A stretch of DNA of 64,000 nucleotides. Source: Candidatus Binatia bacterium. Lineage in GTDB: Bacteria; Desulfobacterota; Binatia; UBA9968; JAJDTQ01. The notes under the pieces were generated by a model. The model searched no databases. It saw nothing but the letters and a program-made list of their open reading frames with translations, and had not been told where the DNA came from. The position numbers were made by a program, and so were the translations under genes. The DNA is taken from NCBI GenBank assembly GCA_963666515.2, contig OY762897.2, positions 4,544,001-4,608,000 on the forward strand, read 5' to 3'. Shown here piece after piece: positions 31,490 through 40,612 of the stretch. Positions within the stretch are counted from its first letter, which is position 1. Each line of letters opens with the position of its first letter.

Positions 31490-32303
31490 GGATCTAAAGA
31501 GGTTGTATCGCGACGGACGGCTACTACCGTTCATTGGCGCCGGTGTGTCAGCGTCCGTGGAGTGGAGCGATGCGATGGGTTTACATCGCGGACCGACATG
31601 GGACGAAGTCGTGAGGCACGCGACGCATGAGCTAGGATTTGAAAATGCGACGTTACTCCGTGCAAGGGGGACTGATCTGCAGATACTAGAGTACTTTAAG
31701 CTACAGCATGGCTATGCTCCACTAACGAACTGGTTGGTTCGAGAAATGAACCCGCCAGACGACATTCTTAATAGGTCCATGATTCATAGCGAGCTTGCGA
31801 GGATGACTAAATGTTCAGTCTTTTATACCACAAATTTTGACGACTTTATCGAACGGAGCTTTAAGCTCCACGGGCGCAAGCATAAGAGGGTTGCGGTCGA
31901 GAGAGACATGGGGTCTCAAGAGGGAGTGGCGGAGGTCGTGAAATTCCACGGAGATTGGGGCCATCCGGAGCAAATGGTCCTGACGGAGTCAGACTACGAA
32001 AGACGGATGGAATTTAATGCACCCATGGACATGCGATTGTGGAGTGACCTACTAAATCGGACGATTCTCTTTATTGGGTACAGTTTTCGTGACCCAAACG
32101 TGGCCTACCTTTTTCGACGCGTTAAGGAGCGATTCGCGGAACTGCCGGATACGGTCGATGGCTACCGGGCACACATAGTAGTGCAAGAACCGTCTAGGTT
32201 TGAGCGGAGGTTGTTTCAAGAACGCAATATTCAGGTGATCCCTATAGACAGTGGTGACCTTACGCAACAGGTAGCGGCGCTGCTGGACGAAATCCGGAGT
32301 TAG
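31476..32303 (+). CDS. SIR2-like (SIR2_2) NADase-type protein
   Basis: Motifs 'PFIGAGVS', 'PTW', 'YTTNFD', 'KFHGD', 'VLTESDY', 'LFIGYSFRDPN'. Confidence 0.92.
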   Translation: MMSVEDLKRLYRDGRLLPFIGAGVSASVEWSDAMGLHRGPTWDEVVRHATHELGFENATLLRARGTDLQILEYFKLQHGYAPLTNWLVREMNPPDDILNRSMIHSELARMTKCSVFYTTNFDDFIERSFKLHGRKHKRVAVERDMGSQEGVAEVVKFHGDWGHPEQMVLTESDYERRMEFNAPMDMRLWSDLLNRTILFIGYSFRDPNVAYLFRRVKERFAELPDTVDGYRAHIVVQEPSRFERRLFQERNIQVIPIDSGDLTQQVAALLDEIRS

Positions 32304-32306
32304 GCT

Positions 32307-32963
32307 ATGGCACAGGCAAAGAAGACACGTGTTGTTTATGTAACCAGCAGTGCATTTAAGCAGGAAGAGAACGCAGTATTCGTTGAACACTGCCGGTTGG
32401 ATGACGGCAGGGTCGTTGGTGACGTTTTTGAGTTCGACATTCGGAGAGTGCCGATACAGGAAATCCTAAACGTGGACCTTAGGGTGATGGTCGCGGCTGA
32501 GGTTGTGAGTGCGTACAGTCAGCTTAAGGTGCCCTGTATCGTCGAGCACGCCGGTCTCATATTTGAGGAGTACCTCGATGCGTCTTACCCAGGCGGGCTA
32601 ACGAAACCGATGTGGGACACGCTGAAACAGGGTTTTGTGGATGAGACCAACTCGGCGAATAGAAAGGCTATCGCAAGGGCCGTTGTTGCATACTGCGACG
32701 GAATGACTGTCAAGACGTTCGTCGGGGAGACGAGGGGGACCATTGCGGAGCAGCCTCGTGGTGACCGGGAATTCTATTGGGATACAGTATTTGTTCCGGA
32801 TGATCCGTCCGGCAAGGCAACGGGGATGACGTACGCCGAAATCGCTCAGACTCGGTCACTGGGGCTACAGTATAAGGTGACGGAACTCTCGCAGTCGTCG
32901 GTGGCGATGAAGAGCTTTCTTCGCCACCGTATCGAAGTGGGTGATCCCGCGCTCTGGCGGTAG
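32307..32963 (+). CDS. HAM1/ITPase-fold protein with altered active site
   Basis: Motifs 'YVTSSAFK..E', 'IQE', 'VEHAGL', 'YPGGLTK', 'F.GET.GTI..PRG..FYWD.VF.P', 'TYAE'. Confidence 0.88.
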   Translation: MAQAKKTRVVYVTSSAFKQEENAVFVEHCRLDDGRVVGDVFEFDIRRVPIQEILNVDLRVMVAAEVVSAYSQLKVPCIVEHAGLIFEEYLDASYPGGLTKPMWDTLKQGFVDETNSANRKAIARAVVAYCDGMTVKTFVGETRGTIAEQPRGDREFYWDTVFVPDDPSGKATGMTYAEIAQTRSLGLQYKVTELSQSSVAMKSFLRHRIEVGDPALWR

Positions 32964-33003
32964 CGTTGAGTTGGTCGTCACAAGTGCCAGCGGCGACTGT
33001 CGC

Positions 33004-33178
33004 CTAGTCCACCTTGCCGTTCAGCAGGCTCGAGAGTGTCCCGTGTTTGCAGCCCAAGCGGGGCCGCCTCAGGGACATTTCAGCCGGTCTCTTCCGTGCC
33101 CTCGTGGATCAGTTCGCCCAAATGTGGTAGATTCAGCATAGGGCTTACACGTTTGATATCGTGGGCGCTCATCGTCAT
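33004..33178 (-). pseudogene. HigA-like antitoxin remnant
   Basis: The minus strand reads MTMSAHDIKRVSPMLNLPHLGELIHEGTEETG*NVPEAA, then after a frameshift LGCKHGTLSSLLNGK*. This is a HigA HTH with a nonsense codon and a frameshift. Confidence 0.7.
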
Positions 33179-33191
33179 TACTCCCTTCCCG

Positions 33192-33345
33192 TCAGTGATA
33201 GTCGATCAGGTCCAGGTCCACGGCTTCGCCGCCCACGAACCTGAACACTGCACGCCAGTTGCCGGATACACGAACACTTTGACGGCCAGCCCGGTCCCCC
33301 TTCAAGATGAAGCCGGGCGCGTCGCCACTACTTGGATGTGTTGCC
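33192..33345 (-). pseudogene. HigB/RelE (plasmid-killer family) toxin 3' remnant
   Basis: 'LKGDRAGRQSVRVSGNWRAVFRFVGGEAVDLDLIDYH*' is the canonical HigB C-terminus; the N-terminal half is missing. Confidence 0.75.
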
Positions 33346-33358
33346 TCTTGCAATAGGA

Positions 33359-33399
33359 TTCCTTGAAAATTGACCATTGACAGCGTAATATTCAAGGAA
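33359..33399. promoter_or_regulatory. Inverted repeat, putative operator of the AAA gene
   Basis: TTCCTTGAAAATT-N15-AATATTCAAGGAA (12/13 match) ending next to the ATG at 33400; TTGACA lies in the spacer. Confidence 0.45.
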
Positions 33400-34545
33400 A
33401 TGCCTTTCATCGAGCGAGACGCAATAGAATTCCAGGTCACCCGTGCGTTGCGACGCAGCAGGGGTGTGGTGCTACTGGGTCCCCGCCAGTCGGGCAAGAC
33501 TACCGTGGCGCGCCGCATCGCCAGCGGTCAGCAGGGCGAGTATTTCGATCTTGAGGATCCGTCCGATGTGGCTCGTCTGGAGGCTCCCAGGCTGGTGCTG
33601 GAACGCGCGCAGGGTCTCGTCGTCCTGGACGAGATCCAGTTGCGGGTGGATCTTCTGCCTTTGCTGCGCGTGCTCCTGGACCGGCAGCCGCTTCCGGCCA
33701 AGTTTCTGCTCCTGGGCAGCGCGGCGCCTGAAATCGTGCGGGGCGCTTCCGAGACCCTCGCAGGCAGGGTAGAGATGGTCGCCATGGCGGGTTTCCGCTT
33801 GGCCGAGGTCGGCGCTACCGGTCGTGACAGGCTGTGGCTGCGCGGAGGCTTCCCGCCGTCGTTCCTCGCCGATTCCGACGAGGACAGCTTCGCTTGGCGC
33901 GACAGCTTCGTACAGACGTTCGTCGAGCGCGACCTCCGTCGCTGGGGTTTCGAGATGGCGCCCGCGGCCATGCGCCGCTTCCTGACGATGACCGCCCATC
34001 TCCACGGGCAGCGCTGGAACGCCTCGGCCGTAGGCTCTTCGCTTGGAATCTCGCAGAATACGGTGCGGCGCTACCTGGACCTTCTCACGGGCGCCTATCT
34101 GACCCGCCAACTGCACCCGTGGTTCGAAAATGTCGGCAAGCGGCTTGTCAAATCACCGAAGGTCTACGTCCGTGACAGCGGTGTGCTGCATGCCCTGCTG
34201 GGCCTGGAGCGTCAACGCGAGGTGGAGTCCCATCCCGGGCACGGCGCTTCGTGGGAGGGCCTCTGCGTCGAGGAGATCGTCGCCGTTCACGGCGAGCGGA
34301 ACTGCTGGTTCTGGGCCACTCACGGCGGAGCCGAACTGGACGTGCTGGTGCTCGACCGCGGACGGCGCATAGGCTACGAGTGCAAATTGACGGACACCCC
34401 GAGAATGACCAAGTCGATGCACGTGGTGCTGGCCGATCTCAAGCTCGACCATCTGTTCGTCGTCTATCCCGGGGAGCTACGGTTCCCGCTCGCGGAGCAT
34501 GTGACTGCAATCGGGCTGGCTGACATCGGGCGCGACCCGGCCTGA
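33400..34545 (+). CDS. AAA_14 ATPase with DUF4143 / C-terminal nuclease-like fold
   Basis: Motifs 'GPRQSGKTT', 'LDEIQ', 'LLGSA', 'SETLAGR', 'GGFP', 'KSPKVY.RDSG', 'ELD.L...GYECK'. Confidence 0.9.
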   Translation: MPFIERDAIEFQVTRALRRSRGVVLLGPRQSGKTTVARRIASGQQGEYFDLEDPSDVARLEAPRLVLERAQGLVVLDEIQLRVDLLPLLRVLLDRQPLPAKFLLLGSAAPEIVRGASETLAGRVEMVAMAGFRLAEVGATGRDRLWLRGGFPPSFLADSDEDSFAWRDSFVQTFVERDLRRWGFEMAPAAMRRFLTMTAHLHGQRWNASAVGSSLGISQNTVRRYLDLLTGAYLTRQLHPWFENVGKRLVKSPKVYVRDSGVLHALLGLERQREVESHPGHGASWEGLCVEEIVAVHGERNCWFWATHGGAELDVLVLDRGRRIGYECKLTDTPRMTKSMHVVLADLKLDHLFVVYPGELRFPLAEHVTAIGLADIGRDPA

Positions 34546-34570
34546 ACTGTGTTCAGGACGCCGCCCGCTC

Positions 34571-35200
34571 CTATGCCTTGTGGTTGGTCCCCTTCACTAC
34601 CGTGTAGAGCGAGAAGCGGGAGAAGCGGTAGGACGTGCACTCGGTGAAGCCGGTTTCCTGGAGGAAGGGCCTGAGCTTGAGGTTGGTGCTCCAGCCCAGC
34701 CGGCGGGTGATGGGGTCGAGGGACTTGGTGATGGGACCCCAGAAGCGGGACTCGGTGGTGAAGTGGTTGACGATGACGATGGTGCCGCCCGGGCGGCAGA
34801 CCCGGCGCATCTCCGCCATCATCCGGACCGGATCGGGCACCACCGTGACCACGTGGAACGCCATCACGTAGTCGAAGGCGTTGTCGGCGAAGGTGAGGTT
34901 CAGGGCGTCCATCTCCATGACTTCGAGATGGCGCCAGCCGTTCTTGGCGATCTTTTCACGGGCCTGGGCCAGCATGAGGGGCGCCTGGTCGATGCCGACG
35001 ACGTGGCAATCACGCGGGTAGGCCGGGAACGACGCGCCGGTGCCGACGCCCACTTCCAGAATCTCCGCCCCCGCGGCAATATCCACGTCCTGGATGACGT
35101 TGCGTTCGCGCGAGTAGAAGAACTTCGCGAACGTCTTGTCGTAAAGCGGGGCCAGATCCGAGTACAGCCTGCTCTGGTGTGGCGCTTCAAGCTCGGCCAT
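34571..35200 (-). CDS. Class I SAM methyltransferase, PmtA (phospholipid N-methyltransferase)-like
   Basis: Motifs 'LEVGVGTG', 'GID....ML', 'MDALNL.F.DN.FD', 'VVPDP...E..RVC.PGG...VNHF'. Confidence 0.8.
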   Translation of the reverse strand: MAELEAPHQSRLYSDLAPLYDKTFAKFFYSRERNVIQDVDIAAGAEILEVGVGTGASFPAYPRDCHVVGIDQAPLMLAQAREKIAKNGWRHLEVMEMDALNLTFADNAFDYVMAFHVVTVVPDPVRMMAEMRRVCRPGGTIVIVNHFTTESRFWGPITKSLDPITRRLGWSTNLKLRPFLQETGFTECTSYRFSRFSLYTVVKGTNHKA

Positions 35201-35491
35201 GTTCGTGGTCCTGCTCGTGCTCTTTCGTCCGCCGCTGTCCGGCGGTGGCGCGTCTGTCATGGAACTGAGAAAAAAGCTATCGATTTCAAGGGAAAAACCG
35301 AACGGACAATGCAATTCGGATATCAATTCAAGGTGGAACTGTCAAGGTGAAGCCCCCTCCCTGGCGGTCGGGGACGCGATTGGAAATCCGGCCGCGCCTT
35401 GGCTAAATTGGGATGGAGCGCCTTTGCGGCGGCCCACCTCCCGCAAGACGTACAACTACCCGAATTATCAGGGGGTCCGTTTCTTCCCATC

Positions 35492-37228
35492 ATGGCCGGC
35501 ATCGGACGGTTGATTGACTACCTGTGGCGCTACTGGCGCCGTTACGCGGTGGGTGGAGTGTGTCTGATCGGCACCACCAGCCTGCTCATGCTGGTTCCCT
35601 GGTGGGTGCGGGCGGCCATCGACGTCATCGAGCGCGGCGACCCCGACTCCGAACTGGGCGGCTACGTGCTGCTGATCGCCCTGGCCGCGGCCGGCGGCGG
35701 GCTCCTGCGGGGGGTCTCCCGCTCCATCATCTTCAACGCCGGCCGCAACGTCGAGTACGACCTCCGCAACGACCTCTTCGCGCACCTGGAGAAGCTCCCT
35801 CTGGGCTACTACCAGTCCCAGAAGACCGGCGACCTCATGTCGCGGGCGGTCAACGACATCAACGCCGTGCGCATGCTGCTGGGCCCCGGCTTCCTCAACC
35901 TGGTGAACACCCCGCTCTACCTGGTCTACGCCGCGGTGTTCATGTTCGCCATGAACTGGCAGTTGACGCTGGCGGTGGGCGCGTGCCTGACGCTGCTGGC
36001 GCTGGTGTTCCGCCAGTTCCGCGGGCGCATCCAGCGGGCGTCGCTGCGGGTCCAGCGGCAGATGTCGCGCATGAGCGCCCACGTGCAGGAGAACCTGAGC
36101 GGCATGCACGTGGTCAAGGCGTACGTGCAGGCGGAGCCCCAGACCGCCGGCTTCGCCGCGATGAACGACGAGTACCAGGTGCGGAGCCTCGACCTCGCCC
36201 GCTGCCGCGGCCTCATCAACCCCATAATGGTGGCGCTGCACGGCCTCACGGTGCTGGTGGTGCTGTGGTACGGCGGCTGGCTCATCATGCGCGAGCAGAG
36301 CGGCGTGGCCGACCTGGTGGCGTTCATCCTCTACCTGAACGTGCTGGCGTGGCCCATGGCGGCCTTCGGCTGGATGCTCTCGCTGCTGGAGCGCGGGCGC
36401 GCGGCCATGGAACGGCTGGAGGAGATCTTCGAGGTGGAGCCGGCCATCGCCGACCCCGAGCATCCGGCGCCGCTGGCGGACAAGGCGCGTGGCATCGAGT
36501 TCGACCGCGTATCCTTCGCCTACAACGGCGACGCGGTGCTCAAGGACATCAGCTTCGAGGTGCCGCCGGGGCGCAAGGTGGCCATCGTCGGGCGCACGGG
36601 TTCGGGCAAGAGCACGTTGACGCACCTGATCCCGCGTCTCTACGACGTCACCTCCGGCGCCATCCGCATGGGCGGCGTCGACGTTCGGGCGCTGTCCCTG
36701 GAAGAGCTGCGCGGCGCCATCGGCTACGCGCCGCAGGACCCGTTTCTCTTCTCCACCTCCATCCAGGACAACCTCAAGTTCGGCGACGCCGGCGCCAGCG
36801 AGCAGGAGGTGCGCCGGGTGCTCGGGGTGGCCGACCTGGAGAGCGAGGTGGAGGTCTTCCCGGACGGTCTCGACACCCGGGTGGGGGAGCGGGGCATCAC
36901 CCTCTCCGGCGGCCAGAAGCAGCGGGCGACCCTGGCCCGCGCCATCCTGGCGAATCCCGATTACCTGATCCTGGACGACTGCCTGTCGAGCGTGGACGCC
37001 CACACCGAGCAGCGCATCCTCGACAGCTTCGAGAGCGTGCTCAAGGGCAAGACCTGCATCATCATCTCGCACCGCATGGCGGTCATCAGGCAGGCCGACG
37101 AGATCCTGGTGCTGGACGACGGCCGCATCGTCGAGCGCGGCGACCACGAGTCGCTGCTGCGCGCCGGCGGACTGTACGCGCAGATGTACCGCCGGCAGCA
37201 GATGTCGGACGAGCTGGAGGAGCTGTAG
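35492..37228 (+). CDS. ABC exporter subunit A (fused TMD+NBD; MdlA/YheI-like)
   Basis: Six TM segments; 'TGDLMSR', 'GRTGSGKS', 'LSGGQKQR', 'LILDDCLS'. Confidence 0.92.
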   Translation: MAGIGRLIDYLWRYWRRYAVGGVCLIGTTSLLMLVPWWVRAAIDVIERGDPDSELGGYVLLIALAAAGGGLLRGVSRSIIFNAGRNVEYDLRNDLFAHLEKLPLGYYQSQKTGDLMSRAVNDINAVRMLLGPGFLNLVNTPLYLVYAAVFMFAMNWQLTLAVGACLTLLALVFRQFRGRIQRASLRVQRQMSRMSAHVQENLSGMHVVKAYVQAEPQTAGFAAMNDEYQVRSLDLARCRGLINPIMVALHGLTVLVVLWYGGWLIMREQSGVADLVAFILYLNVLAWPMAAFGWMLSLLERGRAAMERLEEIFEVEPAIADPEHPAPLADKARGIEFDRVSFAYNGDAVLKDISFEVPPGRKVAIVGRTGSGKSTLTHLIPRLYDVTSGAIRMGGVDVRALSLEELRGAIGYAPQDPFLFSTSIQDNLKFGDAGASEQEVRRVLGVADLESEVEVFPDGLDTRVGERGITLSGGQKQRATLARAILANPDYLILDDCLSSVDAHTEQRILDSFESVLKGKTCIIISHRMAVIRQADEILVLDDGRIVERGDHESLLRAGGLYAQMYRRQQMSDELEEL

Positions 37229-37267
37229 GACATGCGCGCCGGCGGAGGTTTCAGGAACAGCGCGGCC

Positions 37268-39169
37268 ATGAACGCGCCGGAAGAACAGGAGAACATCTCC
37301 GGCAAGGCCTACGACCTGGCGCTGGCGCTGCGCCTGTGGCGGTTCCTGCGCCCGCACCGGAGGGTCTTCTTCCTGTCGCTGCTGCTCCTGCCCGTGCACC
37401 AGTGCTTCAACCTGATCCAGCCGCTGCTCCTGAAGGCCGGCATCGACGCAATCAGTGCGGGCGACGGCCTCACGCTCATGACCACCGGCCTGCTGTTCGC
37501 CGGCGCGCTGGCGGCGGAGGCCGGGGCGTTCTTCTTCCAGTACTACCTGGCCATGCTGGTGGCGCAGCGCTGCCTCGCCGACCTGCGCGTCGCGCTGTTC
37601 TCCCACGTGCAGCGCCTGCCCATGAGCTACTTCGACCGCAACCCCGTGGGCCGGCTCATGACTCGCATGACCACCGACGTGGAGGTGCTCCAGGAGATGT
37701 TCGTCGCCGGCGCCATGAACCTGGTGGCCGACCTGGTCCTCATTGCGGCTATCGTGGCCATCATGATGTCGCTGCACCTGGAGATGGCGCTGGTGTCGCT
37801 GGCGCTGATCCCGTTCCTGCTGGTGGGCATCAACGTCTTCCGCCTCAAGGCGCGGCAGACCTACCGCCTGATCCGCACCCGCATCGCCCGGGTCAACGCC
37901 TACCTCGGCGAGGCCATTCCGGGCATGGCCGTGATCCAGCTCTTCAACCGGCAGGCGCGGAGCTTCGAGGAGTTCGACGGCCTCAACCGGGACCACCGTG
38001 ACGCCATCAAGCGCTCCAACATCTACGAGGCGTCGCTGTTCTCCATGGTGGAGGCCGCGGGCTCCCTCAGCATCGCGTTGCTGCTCTGGTTCGGCGGCGG
38101 CGAGGTGCTGCAAGGCGTGGTGGGCATCGGCACCTTCGTGGCCTTCAGCGAGTACATCCGCCGGCTGTTCGTGCCGCTGCGCGACTTCAGCAACAAGTAC
38201 GCCGTGATCCAGGCGGCCATGACCGCGGCCGAGCGGATCTTCGAGCTGCTGGACACGCCGGTGGAGGCGCCGGGGCGGGTCGCTGCGGCGACTGCTTCCG
38301 CCGCTGATTCGGCCGTGGCCGCGCCTGAGGCCGCGATGCCGCAGGCCGCCACTTCGTCGGCCGCGGCGCCCCCGGTGATTGATCGGGCTCGCGGCGCGGT
38401 GGAGTTCGACGACGTCTGGTTCAGCTACCGGCCCGGCGACCCCGTGCTCAAGGGCGTGTCCTTCAGGATCGAGCCGGGCGAGCGGGTGGCGGTGATCGGC
38501 GCCACCGGCTCCGGCAAGACCACCACCATCAAGCTCATGAGCCGGTTCTACGACGTGGATAGCGGGGTGGTGCGCGTGGGCGGCCGGGACGTGCGCGACT
38601 GGGACCTCGACGCCCTGCGGCGCCACATGGGGGTGGTGCTCCAGGACGTGTTCCTGTTCTCCGGGGACATCCTTTCCAACCTCAAGCTCGGCAACCCGGA
38701 CGTTCCCGAGGACCGCATCCGCGCGGCGCTGCGCAGCGCCAACGCCGAGGGTTTCATCCGGCGCATGCCCGGCGGTTTGCAGGCCGCGGTGCGCGAGCGG
38801 GGCAACAACCTGTCCGCGGGACAGCGGCAACTCCTGGCGCTGGTGCGGATGTTCGTCGTTGATCCGGAGATATTGGTGCTGGACGAGGCCACCTCCAGCG
38901 TCGACACCGAGACCGAGTTCCTGGTGCAGGGCGCCTTCGAGAAGATCATGGCCAACCGCACGTGCCTGGTCATCGCCCACCGCCTCTCCACCATACGGAA
39001 CGCCGACCGCATCGTGGTCTTCCACCGGGGGGTGATCCGCGAGATGGGCTCCCACACCGAGTTGATGGAGAAGCGCGGGGTCTACTACCGGCTTCACCAG
39101 TTGCAGTTCCAGGGGGAGGGCGGCGTCGCGGCGTCGCCGGGCGCCCGGGAGTTGGCCGCAGAGCGCTAG
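37268..39169 (+). CDS. ABC exporter subunit B (MdlB/YheH-like)
   Basis: Motifs 'GRLMTR', 'GATGSGKT', 'LSAGQRQ', 'LDEATSS', 'IAHRLST'. Confidence 0.92.
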   Translation: MNAPEEQENISGKAYDLALALRLWRFLRPHRRVFFLSLLLLPVHQCFNLIQPLLLKAGIDAISAGDGLTLMTTGLLFAGALAAEAGAFFFQYYLAMLVAQRCLADLRVALFSHVQRLPMSYFDRNPVGRLMTRMTTDVEVLQEMFVAGAMNLVADLVLIAAIVAIMMSLHLEMALVSLALIPFLLVGINVFRLKARQTYRLIRTRIARVNAYLGEAIPGMAVIQLFNRQARSFEEFDGLNRDHRDAIKRSNIYEASLFSMVEAAGSLSIALLLWFGGGEVLQGVVGIGTFVAFSEYIRRLFVPLRDFSNKYAVIQAAMTAAERIFELLDTPVEAPGRVAAATASAADSAVAAPEAAMPQAATSSAAAPPVIDRARGAVEFDDVWFSYRPGDPVLKGVSFRIEPGERVAVIGATGSGKTTTIKLMSRFYDVDSGVVRVGGRDVRDWDLDALRRHMGVVLQDVFLFSGDILSNLKLGNPDVPEDRIRAALRSANAEGFIRRMPGGLQAAVRERGNNLSAGQRQLLALVRMFVVDPEILVLDEATSSVDTETEFLVQGAFEKIMANRTCLVIAHRLSTIRNADRIVVFHRGVIREMGSHTELMEKRGVYYRLHQLQFQGEGGVAASPGARELAAER

Positions 39170-39206
39170 GCCCCCGGCTCTTGCGCCGCCGGCAAGAGGA
39201 ACAACC

Positions 39207-40256
39207 GTGCTCGTTGCCTTCAAGACATTGCTATGCGGCCTGCTGTTGCTGGTCCTGTCCGGCTGCTCGGCGGAGTACTACCTCCGGGCCGCGTGGGAGG
39301 AGGGCCGCATCCTGTGGCGGCGCACGCCCATCGAGGCCATGCTGGCCGGCGACGCCCTCGCGCCGGACGTCCGCCGGAAGCTCGAGATGGTGCTGCAGGT
39401 CCGCGACTTCGCCAGGGACGAGCTTCGGCTGAACGTCGGCGGCAGCTACGCCGCCCATTCCTACGTGGACCGGCGGGTGCTCCTCCACGTGCTGACCGCG
39501 GTGCCCAAGACCTCCTTCGAACCCCACACCTGGTGGTTCCCGTTCGTGGGGCGGGTCCCCTACAAGGGCTACTTCGACCGTAACGACGCCCAAAGGGAGG
39601 CCGACTCCCTGGCCGCCCAGGGATACGACACCAACATCCGTCCGGCAGGCGCCTTCAGCACCCTGGGGTGGTTCGACGACCCGTTGCTCGATCACCTCCT
39701 GCAACTCGACCGGGTGACCCTGGCCGACGTCGTGCTGCACGAGCTGCTCCACAACACGCTGTACGTGCCCGGCTCCGTGGCCTTCAACGAAAGCCTCGCC
39801 AACTTCGTCGGCAAGCGCGGCGCCATCGATTTCTTCACCCGGCGGTACGGCCCGCAAAGCCCGGAAGCCGGGGCCGCGCGCCGGGCGTGGCGGGAAGAGG
39901 TCGAGTTCTCCGGTCTGATGATGGAGCTGGTAAACTGCCTGCGCGAATTGTACGGCGGACAGCTCCCCGAGGCGGAGAAGCTGCGCCGCCGCGAGCAGGT
40001 GTTCGCCCGAAGCCGGCGGCAGTGGGGGGAGGCGCTGCAGAACAGGCCGGACCACCGGTACGCCTTCTTCAGCCAGCGACCCCTCGACAACGCCGTGATC
40101 CTGCAGAGTCTGCTCTACGTCACGGACTTGGCGCAGTTCGAGGAACTGTACCGGCGCGAGGGCGGGCAGTTGACAAGGACCATCGAGGCCGTGCGCGCCG
40201 CCGCGAAGGACGGGGGCGATCCGTTCGACATTCTGCCTTCGGCCGCCGCTCCGTGA
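39207..40256 (+). CDS. Predicted zinc aminopeptidase (lipoprotein)
   Basis: Lipobox 'LSGC'; 'WWFPFVGRVPYKGYF', 'AFSTLGWFDDP', 'HELLH', 'FNESLANFV'. Confidence 0.85.
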   Translation: MLVAFKTLLCGLLLLVLSGCSAEYYLRAAWEEGRILWRRTPIEAMLAGDALAPDVRRKLEMVLQVRDFARDELRLNVGGSYAAHSYVDRRVLLHVLTAVPKTSFEPHTWWFPFVGRVPYKGYFDRNDAQREADSLAAQGYDTNIRPAGAFSTLGWFDDPLLDHLLQLDRVTLADVVLHELLHNTLYVPGSVAFNESLANFVGKRGAIDFFTRRYGPQSPEAGAARRAWREEVEFSGLMMELVNCLRELYGGQLPEAEKLRRREQVFARSRRQWGEALQNRPDHRYAFFSQRPLDNAVILQSLLYVTDLAQFEELYRREGGQLTRTIEAVRAAAKDGGDPFDILPSAAAP

Positions 40257-40262
40257 GGGCGC

Positions 40263-40595
40263 ATGAGAAAGCTCCTATCCATCATCCGGCTCCGTTGCCC
40301 CCGTTGCGCCGCCGGCCCGATCTTCGCGAGCCTCTTGCGGATGAATCCCCGGTGCCCGGTCTGCGGCCTTGAGTTCGAGCGTGAGCAGGGTTACTTTGTC
40401 GGCGCCATGTACTTCAGCTACGCTTTGGCCCTCGCCGCGGTCCTGCCCGTCGTCGTTGCCATGCTGCTGCTCGGCTTCGGGGCCGCCCCCATCTATGTCG
40501 TGTCGTGCTTGGTGCTGGTCGTTCTCGCGCCGTTCCTGTTCCGGTACTCCCGGGTCATCTGGATACATCTCGACCAGGTGATCGATCCGAGGTAG
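40263..40595 (+). CDS. DUF983 family membrane zinc-ribbon protein
   Basis: 'RCPRC...CPVCG.EFEREQGYF.GAMY' followed by two TM segments. Confidence 0.8.
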   Translation: MRKLLSIIRLRCPRCAAGPIFASLLRMNPRCPVCGLEFEREQGYFVGAMYFSYALALAAVLPVVVAMLLLGFGAAPIYVVSCLVLVVLAPFLFRYSRVIWIHLDQVIDPR

Positions 40596-40612
40596 GAGGC
40601 GAAGAGAGGAAC

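Noticed and set aside
28441-32963. Calling the operon canonical Kongming, Thoeris, or a type II RM system
   Set aside because: It has no adenosine deaminase, no TIR or SLOG/Macro domain, and no restriction nuclease.
32307-32963. Housekeeping rdgB/ITPase
   Set aside because: Catalytic and specificity motifs are altered, GC is low, and it is coupled to SIR2.
35201-35491. Possible riboswitch or ncRNA in this intergenic region (also 55203-55384)
   Set aside because: No recognisable motif by eye; an Rfam scan would be needed.
38275-38375. Ala-rich stretch in the second ABC subunit
   Set aside because: It is an ordinary low-complexity linker between the TMD and NBD.
35468-39223. Very long antisense or alternative-frame ORFs (1251 aa here; also 11756-13639, 15978-18272, 20185-22926, 42847-45696, 59966-63460)
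   Set aside because: They shadow well-recognised genes in high-GC DNA, have low-complexity Arg/Gly/Ala/Pro composition and contain no motifs.
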